From positions 16,497 to 80,496 of the IMG/VR virus record IMGVR_UViG_3300030372_004928: a stretch of DNA of 64,000 bases. One strand, 5' to 3'. Positions 28,701-38,904 of this stretch are shown in pieces (the first letter of the stretch is position 1; each line of letters starts with the position of its first letter). Source of the DNA: a virus (lineage: Duplodnaviria; Caudoviricetes). The notes below the pieces were generated by a model. The model was given only the letters and a program-made list of their open reading frames with translations, was not told where the DNA came from and searched no databases. The position numbers and the translations under genes are program-made.

Positions 28701-31700
28701 AACAACTTTACCATCTTTAGAAGTAGACATTTGTAGTTTAGAATTTTTTCTTTTCTTAACATCATCGTGCCATATAATTCCTCCATCATCTTTAAAATCC
28801 TCATCTCCTTTTACTTCAGCATTTAAAAATACACTACTTAAAAGTACTCCACTTCCACCAGGTACTTTTTGATTTACAACTCTATCTGTAAATAAACTTG
28901 TTAAAATAGCTTGCCATTTTTTAGTCATATTACTCATAAATAAAGGAAGATTAAAATTACCTTCTGCATCTAATTCAATTGCTTCAAGATAATTTTCAGC
29001 TAACAACTTTCTATTTACTTCATTTATTAATATATCACTAAGTTTACTATAATCAGTTATTACAAATTCATTATTTTCATCTATTTCTACTCCAATATCT
29101 TCTCTTAATGTTGCACCATCTTCAACAATATTTTGAATCATAACATCCATATAATGTTTAATATATTCATCTCTTGTATATTCAGTTCCAGCTACATTAT
29201 AAACATTTCCTTTAGGGAGGTTTCCAATAATAATTTTAGCTATTTGTGTACCTAACTTATTTTTACTATCCATCATATGGTCAGGTACATCTAATTGTAA
29301 TTTCCAATTACTTTGTTTGTATTCTTTAAATACATATCCTTTTTCAAGTGTAAATTGGTTTAATTTATCTTCTACAAGGTTGCCATTAGCGTCAGTAACA
29401 TCCATGGCATATTCTTTTCCTGTTTTTTCTGCAGATTCAAATTGTACCTCATCTATTTCATTTTTTTCCATCCAATTAGAAATAGTTTCTAATTGAGTAT
29501 TTTTTATTAATTGAGGTATAAGAACAATAGTACTATATTTTACTTGTGTACTTACATGTCTTTTAAGATTAGGATTAAATTCTCTACCATAATAAAATCC
29601 TTTAAAAGGTTGAATAAATAACTCTAATTCATTTCTTTTTAAAGGTTGACCTTTTTTTACTTTATCAAATAATCTTTCATATGTAGAATTCCATCTACCG
29701 TAATCTTTGAGAATATTTTCTGCTCTTGCAATAGTTATATACCCTTGACCATCTGCAACATTTGTTTCTAAATAACCTTTTGTTATTTTATGAACAGCTA
29801 TCTCAAGAGCATTCATTTTAGTATAATTAGGTTTAGTCTTATTAACTTTATTTATATCTACAGTTTGATTTCCGTATTTATTAGGTTGACTTTTTTGTAA
29901 TGATTTAGCTACATTTTCTACAATATTTTCATAATTTTCAGATTTAAGTTCTATGTCTTTTAATGTTGCAGCTGTATAAAACTCTCCTGTATAGTTATTA
30001 GCACCTGCATTACCTGGTGAATGCGGTCCTTTTGCTCTTTTATTTACATTTTTAGAAGGATATAATTCTTCTTTTTTTGTTCCAAATTCAGCTTGATTTC
30101 CTACTATATAATTAAATTGTTCGACATTACTAATGTAATTATTTAACATAAATTCTGCTATAAAATTATCAAAACCATTATCATCTTTTGTAGCATAATC
30201 GTTAAATCTTACAGATTGAGTATATACTTTTTCAGTATGTCCATAAACTTCTTTACCTCTTTGAATTTGTTGTGCAATAAATTCATTTATTTTTTCATAA
30301 ACAGAATTATTTATTTGTTGTATTGCATTTTGACTTTTATATACATCTGCAAAATACATCCCATCTATAAAAAGTTTATCTATTTGATTTATAGAAGGAA
30401 TATTTTGGAATTTAAACACATCTCCTGTCGGTTCTCCTTTTTCATTAAGTAATTTAGGTAATAAAATTCCTGCTTCTTTTGAATATTCAAGCTCTTTCCA
30501 ATAATAGTTTTCTTCTAATTTTGTATAATCTAAATGTATATCTCCATCAAATTCAGGGTCTCCACGAAATTTATGTTCTTTTGGTTTAAAAGTTCCTTTC
30601 TTTTTATCTACAATAAATAATAAATCTCTTGCTGCTTTCATTCTCTGCATTTCTTGAGAAACAGTATTTTTTATAGCTATAAATAAAGGATTTTCTATTA
30701 CTTGATCATGTTCATTTTTTATATATCTAGGTACTGTACCGTTTTGTACTCCTTCAAAAATAGGACTATTTATAAAATGAATATTACCAGAATCAGAAGG
30801 AATAGGCATTGATATTTTTGAGAAACCATTTTTATATCCTTCCAAATACATTAATACTTGGGTCATTTGCCATGCTTTATCAGGCATATCTCTATACTGA
30901 TAACCTTCTTTAGTTTGTGTGTTTTTAACACCCCCTTGTCTTGAATATCTCCAATTTTTTAGAAATTCATCAATTAATTCTGTAGTCTTGAATTGATTAT
31001 CTATTGGAAATAACCAATTACTATATTGCATTGCAGGGTCTTGTGCATATTGTTGTAATAATTGTAATAATTGTTCTTTAGCTTTACTAGAAGTATGATA
31101 CATAGGATTAGATGCTGCTTCTACTAATCCAAAAAATTCACTTAAAAAACTTGGATTTACTGTTCCATAAACATTATTACCATTTACATCAAAATAACTA
31201 GATTCAATTAAATCGTATTGAAAAACATTTACTTGTTCAGCTACATCATTTAATCTATTAATTGATTGTTCTTCAATTAAAATTTCCTCAATTTTTTCTT
31301 TCCTTTCTAAATAATCTTTTTCAGTTAATTTTTCTTTTTGTGCTTCTAAAGTATTTAATTCTATATTTTTATTTTTAAGTTGACTTAAAATAGGTCTAAT
31401 TATAAACTCTAAATTACTTTTGAAAACATTATTATAGAAATCTACTTTAGATTTATTATTCCTTAATCCAACAGGATTTGATAAAACTTTTTCTATCATT
31501 TCTTTTGTTAAAGGAATTCCTAATGCATTAAATGCTTTTTCTGTAGCTTCAACTACTTTATCATTATTTCTCCATGATTTAGAATTATATAAACCATTTT
31601 TTTTACTTTGTATAATTTTTATATAATCATATAGTATTTTTTCTAATTTATCTAAAGTTAATTCTCCAGAATTTAATTTTGAATTAATATTAGATTGCCA

Positions 31701-34700
31701 TTTTTCTGCAAGAATATAATGACTAATATTTTTATTTGCACTATCTAATTTAATTCCATCAGTGCTATATAATATTACATCAACATTAGGTCTAGCTTTT
31801 TTAAATTGTGAAACCCAAGCAGATTTAAATAAAGGATCAGTTTGTAATTTATTTAATAACTCTTGAAAAGCAGGATTATGTTTTCTCATTAATTCCAATC
31901 TTGCACTCATTTCATTGAAATCTAATGAACCTACCATATTCCTTTGAATGTAAGGATAAACTTTATTAAAATCTAGAAAAACAGGTAGACCTAAAAATGT
32001 ATCTTTAGAATCAAAGCTTTCAGTAGTCATTATTTCTCCTTTCACAAAATTACTTACAGTATCTTTTTGTGAAGTTCCAAATATTAAAGAATCATCCCAT
32101 TCTTTTTTTAATTCAGTAGATTTCTCTAAATTAACTAATTCTTTATTTACTTCAATTCCAAATTGTCTATTGACATAGTTTACAGTTTTATCATACAATT
32201 CATTATAAATTGCATAATTATTTCTTTGGTCAAGTACTTTTTCTATATTTTGTCTTTTTTGAGATTTTCCTTCAGCTCTTTTTTCTGATTCATACTGACG
32301 TAATTTCTTTTTAATAAATTCTCTAGGAGATTTACTAGGATTATTTGCTATATCTTCTAATGTTAAATTAGGATTTTGTTTTCTATAAGTTATTAATTCT
32401 CTAGCTAATAAATTTATAACTTCACTTTGTTCCCCTCTTGTCAGACCACCTACTGGTTTTTTATACCTAGTTAATTTCTTAGCAAATTCAACCATTTGTT
32501 CATCTGGTTTGAAATTGAATTTACCCGAATCAATATCTTCAAATAATTTATCTAATTTAGAAACATCTTTTTTAGTAAAGAAATTAACAATCAAATCTCT
32601 CAATTTAGCAAAGAATCCTTTTACTTTTTTAGATACTTTTTTAGTTGCACCTTTTTTCAGCATATAATCCATGAAATCATCAGCCATTAATTCTTCTAAA
32701 GAAAGATTAGTTCTATTGCCGTATTTTTTTCTTCCTTCTTGATATAGTTCTTTTCTTTGTTCTTCAGTTGTATATAACCAAAAAACAACGTGAAAAGCTT
32801 CATGATATGCTGTACCTTTTGGAGCATCAATACTTAAACGAACCATTGCTTCACTAAATAAACCCCAAGCATCTGGCCCTTTAGTTTTTATTAAGCCTAC
32901 TATATTAGTGTCTAATTCTATATTATCTCCAAAAACTTTTTTCCACCATTTTTTAACTTCTTCTATATTTTCTTTTTCTTTTACTTCTTCAACTGTTTCT
33001 GTTGCTATTTTTTTTCTTCTAAAACTAGAAGTTATACTCATTTCTACTTTACCTTCTTGATTAGTAGTTTTAACAACATCACCCCAATATCTTTCTTCAA
33101 GAAATCTGTCTAATTCTGTAGCAATATCCCAGTTATCTACAACAACTTTTTGATTAGCAAGAAGATTATCTGCTAATCTTTGAATATCTGCATCTACTTC
33201 TGTATCATCTGCATCTGTTTCTTCTGTATCAACTTCTTCTTCTGTATCATCTTTAGTGTCTGTTTCTGTTTTTTCTTCAAATAAAGGTTTACCTTCTTGA
33301 CCATGAAAATATAAATCATCACTAATACTTATAATTAAATGACTATTTTTTCTTTTACCTGCATTTTTATTAGTTACAGAAGGCAAAGGATAACCATTTT
33401 TATCAGTAACAATTTCTCCTTTTTCATTTTCTTTAGTAGGAGGTTTTCTTAAATATCTTAAATCAGTTAATAACATATCAGAACTTAATAAATAATTAAA
33501 ATAATTATTGTAGTCCATTTCGCCATCGTTATAAACTTCGTTATGTTTTTCTAAAGCTTTAAGATTAATATTATGCTTTTTTTGTTGTAATGCTTTTTTT
33601 ATAACATCTTCAATGATTTCTTTTCTACCTTCTAATTCTTCAGATTCTTTATTATATAAAGATAAAGTATTAGGTTTTTTCGAAACAGATTCAAAAGGTA
33701 CGATATTTCCATCTTTATCTGTAACTTGAATATTTAAAACTTTTTTAGTTGAATCAGTTGTTTTAGGTGCTGTTATATAAATAGTTAATGTATCTCCATC
33801 ACCATAACTGAACTGCATTTTATTATCAAATATCTTAAAACTATTATCTCCTATATTATCAACTTTTGCATCTAAATTTACATTTAAAATTGTACCAAGA
33901 GTTTCTTTTAATTTTATAAAATCTTTATCCTTTTTTAAGGTACTCCATTCTGTTCCTTGAAATTCTCTTAATTTATCTGCTAATTCAAAAATTAAATTTG
34001 TAGCTCTTTGTGATATAGCTTCAGATAGTGTATTTATATCTAATGGTACAGGAATATATGTATTTAATTCTCCTGGTATTGAATTTGCACCTTTAACAAG
34101 TATATATAATTTACCAAAATCATATTTTTCATCATGATTAAAAAATGCTCCTGTATCTGCATTTCTTGTAAATTTTTGTCCATCGTAATTAACTAATTGA
34201 GTTTCAGATGCACTTTTTGGGTCTAAATAAAATATATTATTAAGATTAATTTGAGCATTAGGAGGTAATCCTTCATTTAATTGTTCATTTAAAGATTCAA
34301 ATTCTCCTACTTGAAGTAAATTACCACTTGTTTTTCTTGTGACTCTAGTACGTAAATCACTTATAACAGCTGGAGAATAATTGTGTTGTTTAAATACATT
34401 TGTTATTTTCTTTACAGTTTGTAATTGTTTTTCTAATAAGTAAATATGTGAAATAAAAGGTTTATTTATTTCATTACCTTCTAATTCATCTATTCTCCAT
34501 TGAATTAGTTTTCTTTGTGCTTCAGTTACTTTAGGTTCTTCAAGTCCTTTGTTTAATCTATCAATGTCTGTTATTTCATTAATTTGTTTTGCAAAATTTA
34601 AATCCTTTTGTATAGATTTAACAGAATTTAAAGAACCTAAAACAACCTCTTCTCTAACACCAGAACCTTGTGGACTTATATACTTAATCATTATTCTATA

Positions 34701-37700
34701 ATCTCCACCTTTTATTTCATAAACAAAAAACCTTAATTCTGTATCAACTCCAATGTCAGGACTTAATAACCACTTTAATTGTTTTTCTAATTTGTCTTGA
34801 GTCATTTTTGGTGTAAAGCCGTATAATCTTTTCATTTCAGCTTTATAATGATTAACATCTATAACTCCATCGGGTGTAATACCTATTAAACTATTAATCC
34901 AAATATTATTAGAATTCAGTACATTTTCTCCACCATAAATACTATCAAAAAATTCTTCTGCAGTTTCTTCTCTATTTTCTGGTTTAAGGTTGTTATCCTT
35001 TATATATTTTTCAACATCTTTTACTAAGACATTACCATTTTTACCTGTAGGTGTAATTAAATTTTCATCTATATTATATCCTTGACCTTTTAATGTATCT
35101 ATTAAATTTTTGGCAGATTGTGTTGGAGTAAAGTTAGGTGCAGTATTTTTAACAGCTGCAGCTTGATTAGAGATAAACCAATCTTTTAATACATTTAATT
35201 TATTTTTAATAAGTAATTCTTTAATAGCATTAGCTACTTCATTTTGAGTAGTATAAATAGCATTAAAGAATATACTATCAGCCAGTAGATAGGAAATTAA
35301 CTCTTCGGGATAACCTGTAGGATTTTTAGATTCTTTTCTTAATAAATCTATAATAGATTGAACATGTGCTTTATTTTCTAAACTAGTATCAGCATCTTGT
35401 AATAATGCTATAATTTCTCTTAATTCTTTATTAAATTCTTCTCTACTTTCAGGTATAGTATCTCCTTCAAAATAAGGAATTGCTTTATGTAATTCTATAT
35501 GAATTAATTCATGTTCTAATAATTCAACTAAAGCAGCATAAGGTTTATTTTTAGTTAAATAAGAAGCTAAAATTACAATTTCTTTATTAACAGCATCAAA
35601 AGCAGCAGGATTCTTTTTTGATACAAGTTTAGAATCTTTAGCTAAAGTTATATTTAACTTATAACCCGATGAATGTAATAATCTTGCTAACTCTTTTGTT
35701 CTTTTATTTACTCCTGTAATAGTTACAAGAGCTTCCATTAAGCTTGTAACTTCCTTAATATCTGGAAATACATCTTTTATTTTTAAATCAGTATAGTGAG
35801 GAGATTCTTCAGTTATTTCAGTAATTCTGCCTAATTCTGCTGCTTCTTGAACTCTTTGAAAAGGTAAATATAAATTTACACCTGCTCGTTCAATTACAAC
35901 AAATTTATCCCCATTAGCATTTTCATATATTTCTATTATTTCAACAACCTCATTATTTGAATCTTTATATTTTGCTCCTACTTTAATATAACCTAATTCT
36001 GTATAGGTTTGAGTAGTAATAAGATTATTTAATAGAAAAATTTTATTATTTAATAACTGTACTGTATTAGGGTATTCTTTTTGTGCTTCTTTTAATTTTT
36101 GTAATTGTGCAATTTTTTCTTCAATATCAAGTTTTGTATTCTTTAAAATTTTATTTATTCTATTTATAAAATTTCTAAAAACATTTTTTTGTTCTTTAGC
36201 TATAGCAAGTTCAGCATCTTTCGTTAAAGCTACTTGTTCTAATAATTCTGCAGGAGTTTTAGAAGAATCTTCTATAGTTTTATTATAAGATACAGTATCA
36301 TCTTCTGGATCACTATCATCATCTTGTTCATCCTCTTCAAGCAATTCTTTTGTTTCTATACTTTTTTTAATTGCTTCAATTTGATTTTCTAAATACTTGT
36401 ATGTTTTAGAATCTTTTTCTTTAGTTTCTAATTCTGATTCTAAATAAGCTAACGCTCCTTGTAAATCATTCTTTTTAACAAGTTTATCTACTTCAGCTTT
36501 TACCTCAGTTTCATAAGCATTTAATTCTATAAGTTCTTCAGCTTCTTTTACTAAATTATTAAATTTAGTTCTAGTATCATGTAATTTTTGTGCTCCTTTA
36601 TCTGTTAAGAATTCTTCAGATTGTGCTTTTATTTGATATAAATCAACTTCACTTTCAACCATTTTATCAAAATGTTCCTCAAGTGTTTTAACTAAAGTAT
36701 CATCTTTTGACGCTTTAGTTAATTTTTTCGCAATAGCTTTATTTGATTTAGATTGTTCTGAATTTGAATCTTTAAATTCAGGATATAATGCATCTATTTC
36801 TTCTACTTTCTCTAAAGCAAAATCTAACCCTCTTTGTGCATTTTCTTCTTTATATTTATTGTTTCCTTTTTTTGCTTGTTCTTTTATTTTTTTTAATCTT
36901 TCAATCATACTTAAATATGCATTTCTTTCCCAAAAACTTTTAAGAGAAGGATTTGCTGCAAGTACTTTATCTACAAAAACATTATTACTTAAATCTGCCC
37001 AATTTAATTCTCCCTTAGCAATATCATCTAAAATTTTAGTTATTGAACCGTCATTACTTACAAGTTCTTTTAAAATTGTTGCTTTTGTATCTTCAGAGTT
37101 ATCTCCATCAATATCTAAATTCATTACTCTTCCGTAATGTTTATTAAAAGATTTTTCTGCAGCTAATACTTCTTCTTTTGTTTTAGCAATAGCTTTATCA
37201 ATGCTGCCCATCCCTTGTTCCTTAATTTCTTCAGTAGTCATACTATTGAGAATATCTTGCTTAAATTGCCCATTCTCTAATTGCTCTAAAAGAACATTTG
37301 TAGAACGATTAGCTGCTGCAAAAAATCCCATACTTGTACCCATTTGATTTTTCTTAGCATTAATTAAAATTTCTCCTTCTTCTTTAGTCATCTCTCCATC
37401 AGCTATTTTAGTTTGTACATCTTTTAGAAATTTAACATATTTAGTTGTTTCTTTTTCTCTATAAGCAATAGTCTCTAATTGTGCTTTTGCTGTATCTTTA
37501 GCATCACTTCCTGTAAAAGCAGTATTAATTCCTTCAAATGCAATACCTCCTAATGCTCCCCAAAAAGCTACTTCACTTAAATGAGGGTCTTGTAAATATT
37601 CTCCTAATCTTTGACTAAATGTACTATCATCTTCTCCTAATAATTGTTTAGCTAAAACATGACCTTCTTTTTCCCCAATAAAGTTTATCATCTCCTCTAA

Positions 37701-38867
37701 ACCTTCTGTACTTTGTCTTGCCAAAACACCTGCTGCATTTGATACTTTTGTAAATTTTGAATTAGCTATATCATCTAATTTCTGTTGTGCTTGTTTTTGT
37801 GCTTCAGCTGATAATCCTGTTTTTCTTTTATCTGCTAATTTTGATTTTACTTTTCCAGATTTTACTTTACTTCTTGTAATTCCTGTACCTTTTAATAAAG
37901 CACCTGCTTGAATAAAATCAAATATTATATTTGAAAAGTTAACATTATATGACCTCCATCCTGCTCTACTAGCTATATGTTCAGCAAGATTTTTTTTAGT
38001 TACTTCAAGACCTCTTTCTCTTAATTCATCTGCTGCTTCTGATTCTTGTGCTTCTGCCCACTTTTCTTCATCTTGAAATGTTTGTGATAATTCTTGATTA
38101 ACATCATTTACTACACCAAATGATTCTCTAGTATTTTCAGCATGTCGCATTACAAGAGCACTCACACCTGCTTTTGTAATATTCTTACCAATTTGCCCCA
38201 TATTAGCACCTGTTTGAAGAAAATTACCCAATTTCCCTCCTGTAGATTTACCTAATTTAGTAGAAATTTTATTTAACCAAGACATACCAGACATAGTTGC
38301 TTTAGCAGGTACTAACATACTTGCTGCACTTGCTACTGATACAGCATTTGAAGCCCACCAACCAAAATCTCCTACATCCCAAGCTTGATTTGGATTTTCT
38401 CTATAAATAGGAGTAGCATCTCTTGTCCATTCTATTAAATCATTTCCTAAAGAAATAACTCCATTATTGAAATCACTTGTTTCTCCTGCAGCTTTTTCGT
38501 AAATAAGAGTAGGAATTTCAAATATAGAACCTATAGCACTTATTGTACCTCCTACTACTTCCCCTAAAAGAGCTTGATTAGCAAATGCACCTACTTGTTC
38601 TTGCCACGATTGATTTACTGCTCTAGCTTTTCTTAACTTTTCTTCTCCTTGTTCAAGTCTAACTTGATTCATATAATCTCCATACTCACTGACATTAATA
38701 TCTGAAACAATAGTCTCTGCTAATTGTAATTTAGGTTGTTTATCAGGGTCTTTTATTTTATCCCAATTTTTTAATCCACCTGTATCTTCTTGTTTTTCTT
38801 CTACAGGATTAGTATTATTTTTTGATTTTTCTAATTCTTCAGGAGAAACTAAATCGTGATGTGACAT
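22764..38867 (-). CDS. Giant virion-associated RNA polymerase polyprotein (crAss-type two-barrel RNAP), 5367 aa
   Basis: Catalytic DFDVD loop (28449-28463) preceded by YRIP; two zincin-like motifs HELIH (35499-35513) and HEAFH (32790-32804); position within the cargo gene cluster. Confidence 0.9.
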   Translation of the reverse strand: MSHHDLVSPEELEKSKNNTNPVEEKQEDTGGLKNWDKIKDPDKQPKLQLAETIVSDINVSEYGDYMNQVRLEQGEEKLRKARAVNQSWQEQVGAFANQALLGEVVGGTISAIGSIFEIPTLIYEKAAGETSDFNNGVISLGNDLIEWTRDATPIYRENPNQAWDVGDFGWWASNAVSVASAASMLVPAKATMSGMSWLNKISTKLGKSTGGKLGNFLQTGANMGQIGKNITKAGVSALVMRHAENTRESFGVVNDVNQELSQTFQDEEKWAEAQESEAADELRERGLEVTKKNLAEHIASRAGWRSYNVNFSNIIFDFIQAGALLKGTGITRSKVKSGKVKSKLADKRKTGLSAEAQKQAQQKLDDIANSKFTKVSNAAGVLARQSTEGLEEMINFIGEKEGHVLAKQLLGEDDSTFSQRLGEYLQDPHLSEVAFWGALGGIAFEGINTAFTGSDAKDTAKAQLETIAYREKETTKYVKFLKDVQTKIADGEMTKEEGEILINAKKNQMGTSMGFFAAANRSTNVLLEQLENGQFKQDILNSMTTEEIKEQGMGSIDKAIAKTKEEVLAAEKSFNKHYGRVMNLDIDGDNSEDTKATILKELVSNDGSITKILDDIAKGELNWADLSNNVFVDKVLAANPSLKSFWERNAYLSMIERLKKIKEQAKKGNNKYKEENAQRGLDFALEKVEEIDALYPEFKDSNSEQSKSNKAIAKKLTKASKDDTLVKTLEEHFDKMVESEVDLYQIKAQSEEFLTDKGAQKLHDTRTKFNNLVKEAEELIELNAYETEVKAEVDKLVKKNDLQGALAYLESELETKEKDSKTYKYLENQIEAIKKSIETKELLEEDEQDDDSDPEDDTVSYNKTIEDSSKTPAELLEQVALTKDAELAIAKEQKNVFRNFINRINKILKNTKLDIEEKIAQLQKLKEAQKEYPNTVQLLNNKIFLLNNLITTQTYTELGYIKVGAKYKDSNNEVVEIIEIYENANGDKFVVIERAGVNLYLPFQRVQEAAELGRITEITEESPHYTDLKIKDVFPDIKEVTSLMEALVTITGVNKRTKELARLLHSSGYKLNITLAKDSKLVSKKNPAAFDAVNKEIVILASYLTKNKPYAALVELLEHELIHIELHKAIPYFEGDTIPESREEFNKELREIIALLQDADTSLENKAHVQSIIDLLRKESKNPTGYPEELISYLLADSIFFNAIYTTQNEVANAIKELLIKNKLNVLKDWFISNQAAAVKNTAPNFTPTQSAKNLIDTLKGQGYNIDENLITPTGKNGNVLVKDVEKYIKDNNLKPENREETAEEFFDSIYGGENVLNSNNIWINSLIGITPDGVIDVNHYKAEMKRLYGFTPKMTQDKLEKQLKWLLSPDIGVDTELRFFVYEIKGGDYRIMIKYISPQGSGVREEVVLGSLNSVKSIQKDLNFAKQINEITDIDRLNKGLEEPKVTEAQRKLIQWRIDELEGNEINKPFISHIYLLEKQLQTVKKITNVFKQHNYSPAVISDLRTRVTRKTSGNLLQVGEFESLNEQLNEGLPPNAQINLNNIFYLDPKSASETQLVNYDGQKFTRNADTGAFFNHDEKYDFGKLYILVKGANSIPGELNTYIPVPLDINTLSEAISQRATNLIFELADKLREFQGTEWSTLKKDKDFIKLKETLGTILNVNLDAKVDNIGDNSFKIFDNKMQFSYGDGDTLTIYITAPKTTDSTKKVLNIQVTDKDGNIVPFESVSKKPNTLSLYNKESEELEGRKEIIEDVIKKALQQKKHNINLKALEKHNEVYNDGEMDYNNYFNYLLSSDMLLTDLRYLRKPPTKENEKGEIVTDKNGYPLPSVTNKNAGKRKNSHLIISISDDLYFHGQEGKPLFEEKTETDTKDDTEEEVDTEETDADDTEVDADIQRLADNLLANQKVVVDNWDIATELDRFLEERYWGDVVKTTNQEGKVEMSITSSFRRKKIATETVEEVKEKENIEEVKKWWKKVFGDNIELDTNIVGLIKTKGPDAWGLFSEAMVRLSIDAPKGTAYHEAFHVVFWLYTTEEQRKELYQEGRKKYGNRTNLSLEELMADDFMDYMLKKGATKKVSKKVKGFFAKLRDLIVNFFTKKDVSKLDKLFEDIDSGKFNFKPDEQMVEFAKKLTRYKKPVGGLTRGEQSEVINLLARELITYRKQNPNLTLEDIANNPSKSPREFIKKKLRQYESEKRAEGKSQKRQNIEKVLDQRNNYAIYNELYDKTVNYVNRQFGIEVNKELVNLEKSTELKKEWDDSLIFGTSQKDTVSNFVKGEIMTTESFDSKDTFLGLPVFLDFNKVYPYIQRNMVGSLDFNEMSARLELMRKHNPAFQELLNKLQTDPLFKSAWVSQFKKARPNVDVILYSTDGIKLDSANKNISHYILAEKWQSNINSKLNSGELTLDKLEKILYDYIKIIQSKKNGLYNSKSWRNNDKVVEATEKAFNALGIPLTKEMIEKVLSNPVGLRNNKSKVDFYNNVFKSNLEFIIRPILSQLKNKNIELNTLEAQKEKLTEKDYLERKEKIEEILIEEQSINRLNDVAEQVNVFQYDLIESSYFDVNGNNVYGTVNPSFLSEFFGLVEAASNPMYHTSSKAKEQLLQLLQQYAQDPAMQYSNWLFPIDNQFKTTELIDEFLKNWRYSRQGGVKNTQTKEGYQYRDMPDKAWQMTQVLMYLEGYKNGFSKISMPIPSDSGNIHFINSPIFEGVQNGTVPRYIKNEHDQVIENPLFIAIKNTVSQEMQRMKAARDLLFIVDKKKGTFKPKEHKFRGDPEFDGDIHLDYTKLEENYYWKELEYSKEAGILLPKLLNEKGEPTGDVFKFQNIPSINQIDKLFIDGMYFADVYKSQNAIQQINNSVYEKINEFIAQQIQRGKEVYGHTEKVYTQSVRFNDYATKDDNGFDNFIAEFMLNNYISNVEQFNYIVGNQAEFGTKKEELYPSKNVNKRAKGPHSPGNAGANNYTGEFYTAATLKDIELKSENYENIVENVAKSLQKSQPNKYGNQTVDINKVNKTKPNYTKMNALEIAVHKITKGYLETNVADGQGYITIARAENILKDYGRWNSTYERLFDKVKKGQPLKRNELELFIQPFKGFYYGREFNPNLKRHVSTQVKYSTIVLIPQLIKNTQLETISNWMEKNEIDEVQFESAEKTGKEYAMDVTDANGNLVEDKLNQFTLEKGYVFKEYKQSNWKLQLDVPDHMMDSKNKLGTQIAKIIIGNLPKGNVYNVAGTEYTRDEYIKHYMDVMIQNIVEDGATLREDIGVEIDENNEFVITDYSKLSDILINEVNRKLLAENYLEAIELDAEGNFNLPLFMSNMTKKWQAILTSLFTDRVVNQKVPGGSGVLLSSVFLNAEVKGDEDFKDDGGIIWHDDVKKRKNSKLQMSTSKDGKVVTAEALLPAWSKQFYVKNEKGEYVLDDINNIPEELRTMISYRIPSEQDYMFTVFKVVGFLPVESGSTIVLPQEYVTAKGFDFDVDKEYIMYHSFTTTDIDGKRTYQKNDYYEKGEEGFTAWLESRAAKKLLENLKDNPDQEAKKLNTQVKRFNTTQQNLHEVKQETAEDTTRQLQAIFDVFNEGAQTNFTEIDELFNYLEVQKERAKATIEYVQNQYGLQHWGRNTKEDLRLRSIQANAFALEKSVKETKNFIISRLKDVKEYNTYVEEVKKKEKQALNNRKKYQALLGAKNLETLRKEYDKLSEAQANTRKARDNRILDIFKAKLLHPDHFSGVVTSQSFEDAADVIDEINTLLGKEVEHLNPATAYAQLEYRKQNISGIALKGMAANSNTFLSVAQVVEMFLADELAFHTNYRTTPLTKEEIKENEKLMKEGKLNRVTKVYSEKELKEKYGEENVETLNKKSRPGVRNIQAETTEDLDKQTVFTLEPFVSKDKRDTKTPLMATVSTKFVGFGSAGNNNTRFYQDQIKDKSVVNSGNYTKDDVVLVSYSRNFREGLKKTKAELKKVLQSGAAIITDNIGTLNSAGSYTPKKALRDFLDSEGAVYTETVIDGQTFGLWRKEAELGDVITEEVAKIDSAKNVFTVTPIKKADKKAKAKAKIATQYIGFAEGIKDSSTAHYAEEAGEYANTGNYGDNDVIFVSIGGKRGAADLRKTQQDKTIREAIKALEAGATIIADNKDYIDDSDYNEGEKRLYKNLEAKGYNYSEITVDGNVLGVWSKSEQVAEQVTDEIKQPSKIKTEKIIDGVEVKRNALTEAEQIELFEMLKPILERQGAVTNKGKDANVMIGLGLRWDYKDNNPNKEPIDLGTILDRGMDGTRSKFGYFDKSINGEPLEPVNDRLKELMTKATGVDASDYDGAIINLYSENHFIHSHQDVSEASDTIGYPVLVVNIGGSGNFSIERVGKGVTELNAGDGYVFGIKGKNRKVWHRTAPNKVDGFLPEITTEIDGKTYPKGSYRISITMRRVKPIKDTGLPSMPKMAKPAKPKPKPQKDYVTVKHKNLGWNNDGTFTNVNGDNTMIHASQVLAMTLDIVKEGLPPNVNTYTFNTFITMLNTGMDIRYTSMFIRQPILNDLSELFFETQGFTEDENLGKEIEAIKNRYITELYKIARNPKNNFLRNVKDYVKILTIDGKEFAVIEPFDSQISNGEDINPDTTELKDLFNIDTSESFAFDVDTLKNHIKNSVSSNYNNLTPIEKARYLQDQIKILEMFKRYKKAGEGYDDMIKATASDRTDVGPSLTRPEMLNKSIQKATYYMKFSQLRNLKVDGETRVEFNGEIMTANELLRRKRAEETTAEEKRTIREDTVIRVESDARVFAKVNGETVPATIAVYGEDSKYPVLKAYKEEAFDAATEILSPLFIQHSVAFRKFIQVFTNDTGIHFNPKNADKLSQYILTYLQNEFEFFSENYENNNTKQRILGAENLEVKTDINISIEDFNKLSTANKLQIMQNKLKDKLQNDTHILNYLTHKLGEKDVKKNSMHFIEFQNTKTDSLLDDTIIDSFLEMWNSNDEFEKSLAQDLVKYSFFTTGLTMNKNSFSKLIPTEVFKEIGLDKFLYDLKEKSKMDNFLLDRYEDIKDKFIRSNWFNTDIVPRVYTKRELGEKGTINGTPDWKTIIMGATKEFIEVTTSEYQNEDLRVVQSDYIVGTKTLLINNESIKQEDILYKKYIEKDGSTYFYPVDKLGSINITESSEKSFIKENQVSRSQNDFEIAIQGNNEFGLNDLNANFMTYNNLELENINAPDKIMYTTATGFIGSEIGKNATEEIVSTDLKLLTKSFGELANKSEFTDNDKIMVTFPTIMGYTTAKTVDDSIFNEEGKFKNTSVYGKIYSVLRANGVVMIKAQKNEDGTTSPTFGSGNIATVKALQNLQTYLKVNKGGNTGLYEKIENGIHYFSKKPFNSDILTNEENKATKPLINRKGKNC

Positions 38868-38904
38868 AAATGTATATTTTAAAAATTATTTTTTAATTAG
38901 ATTA

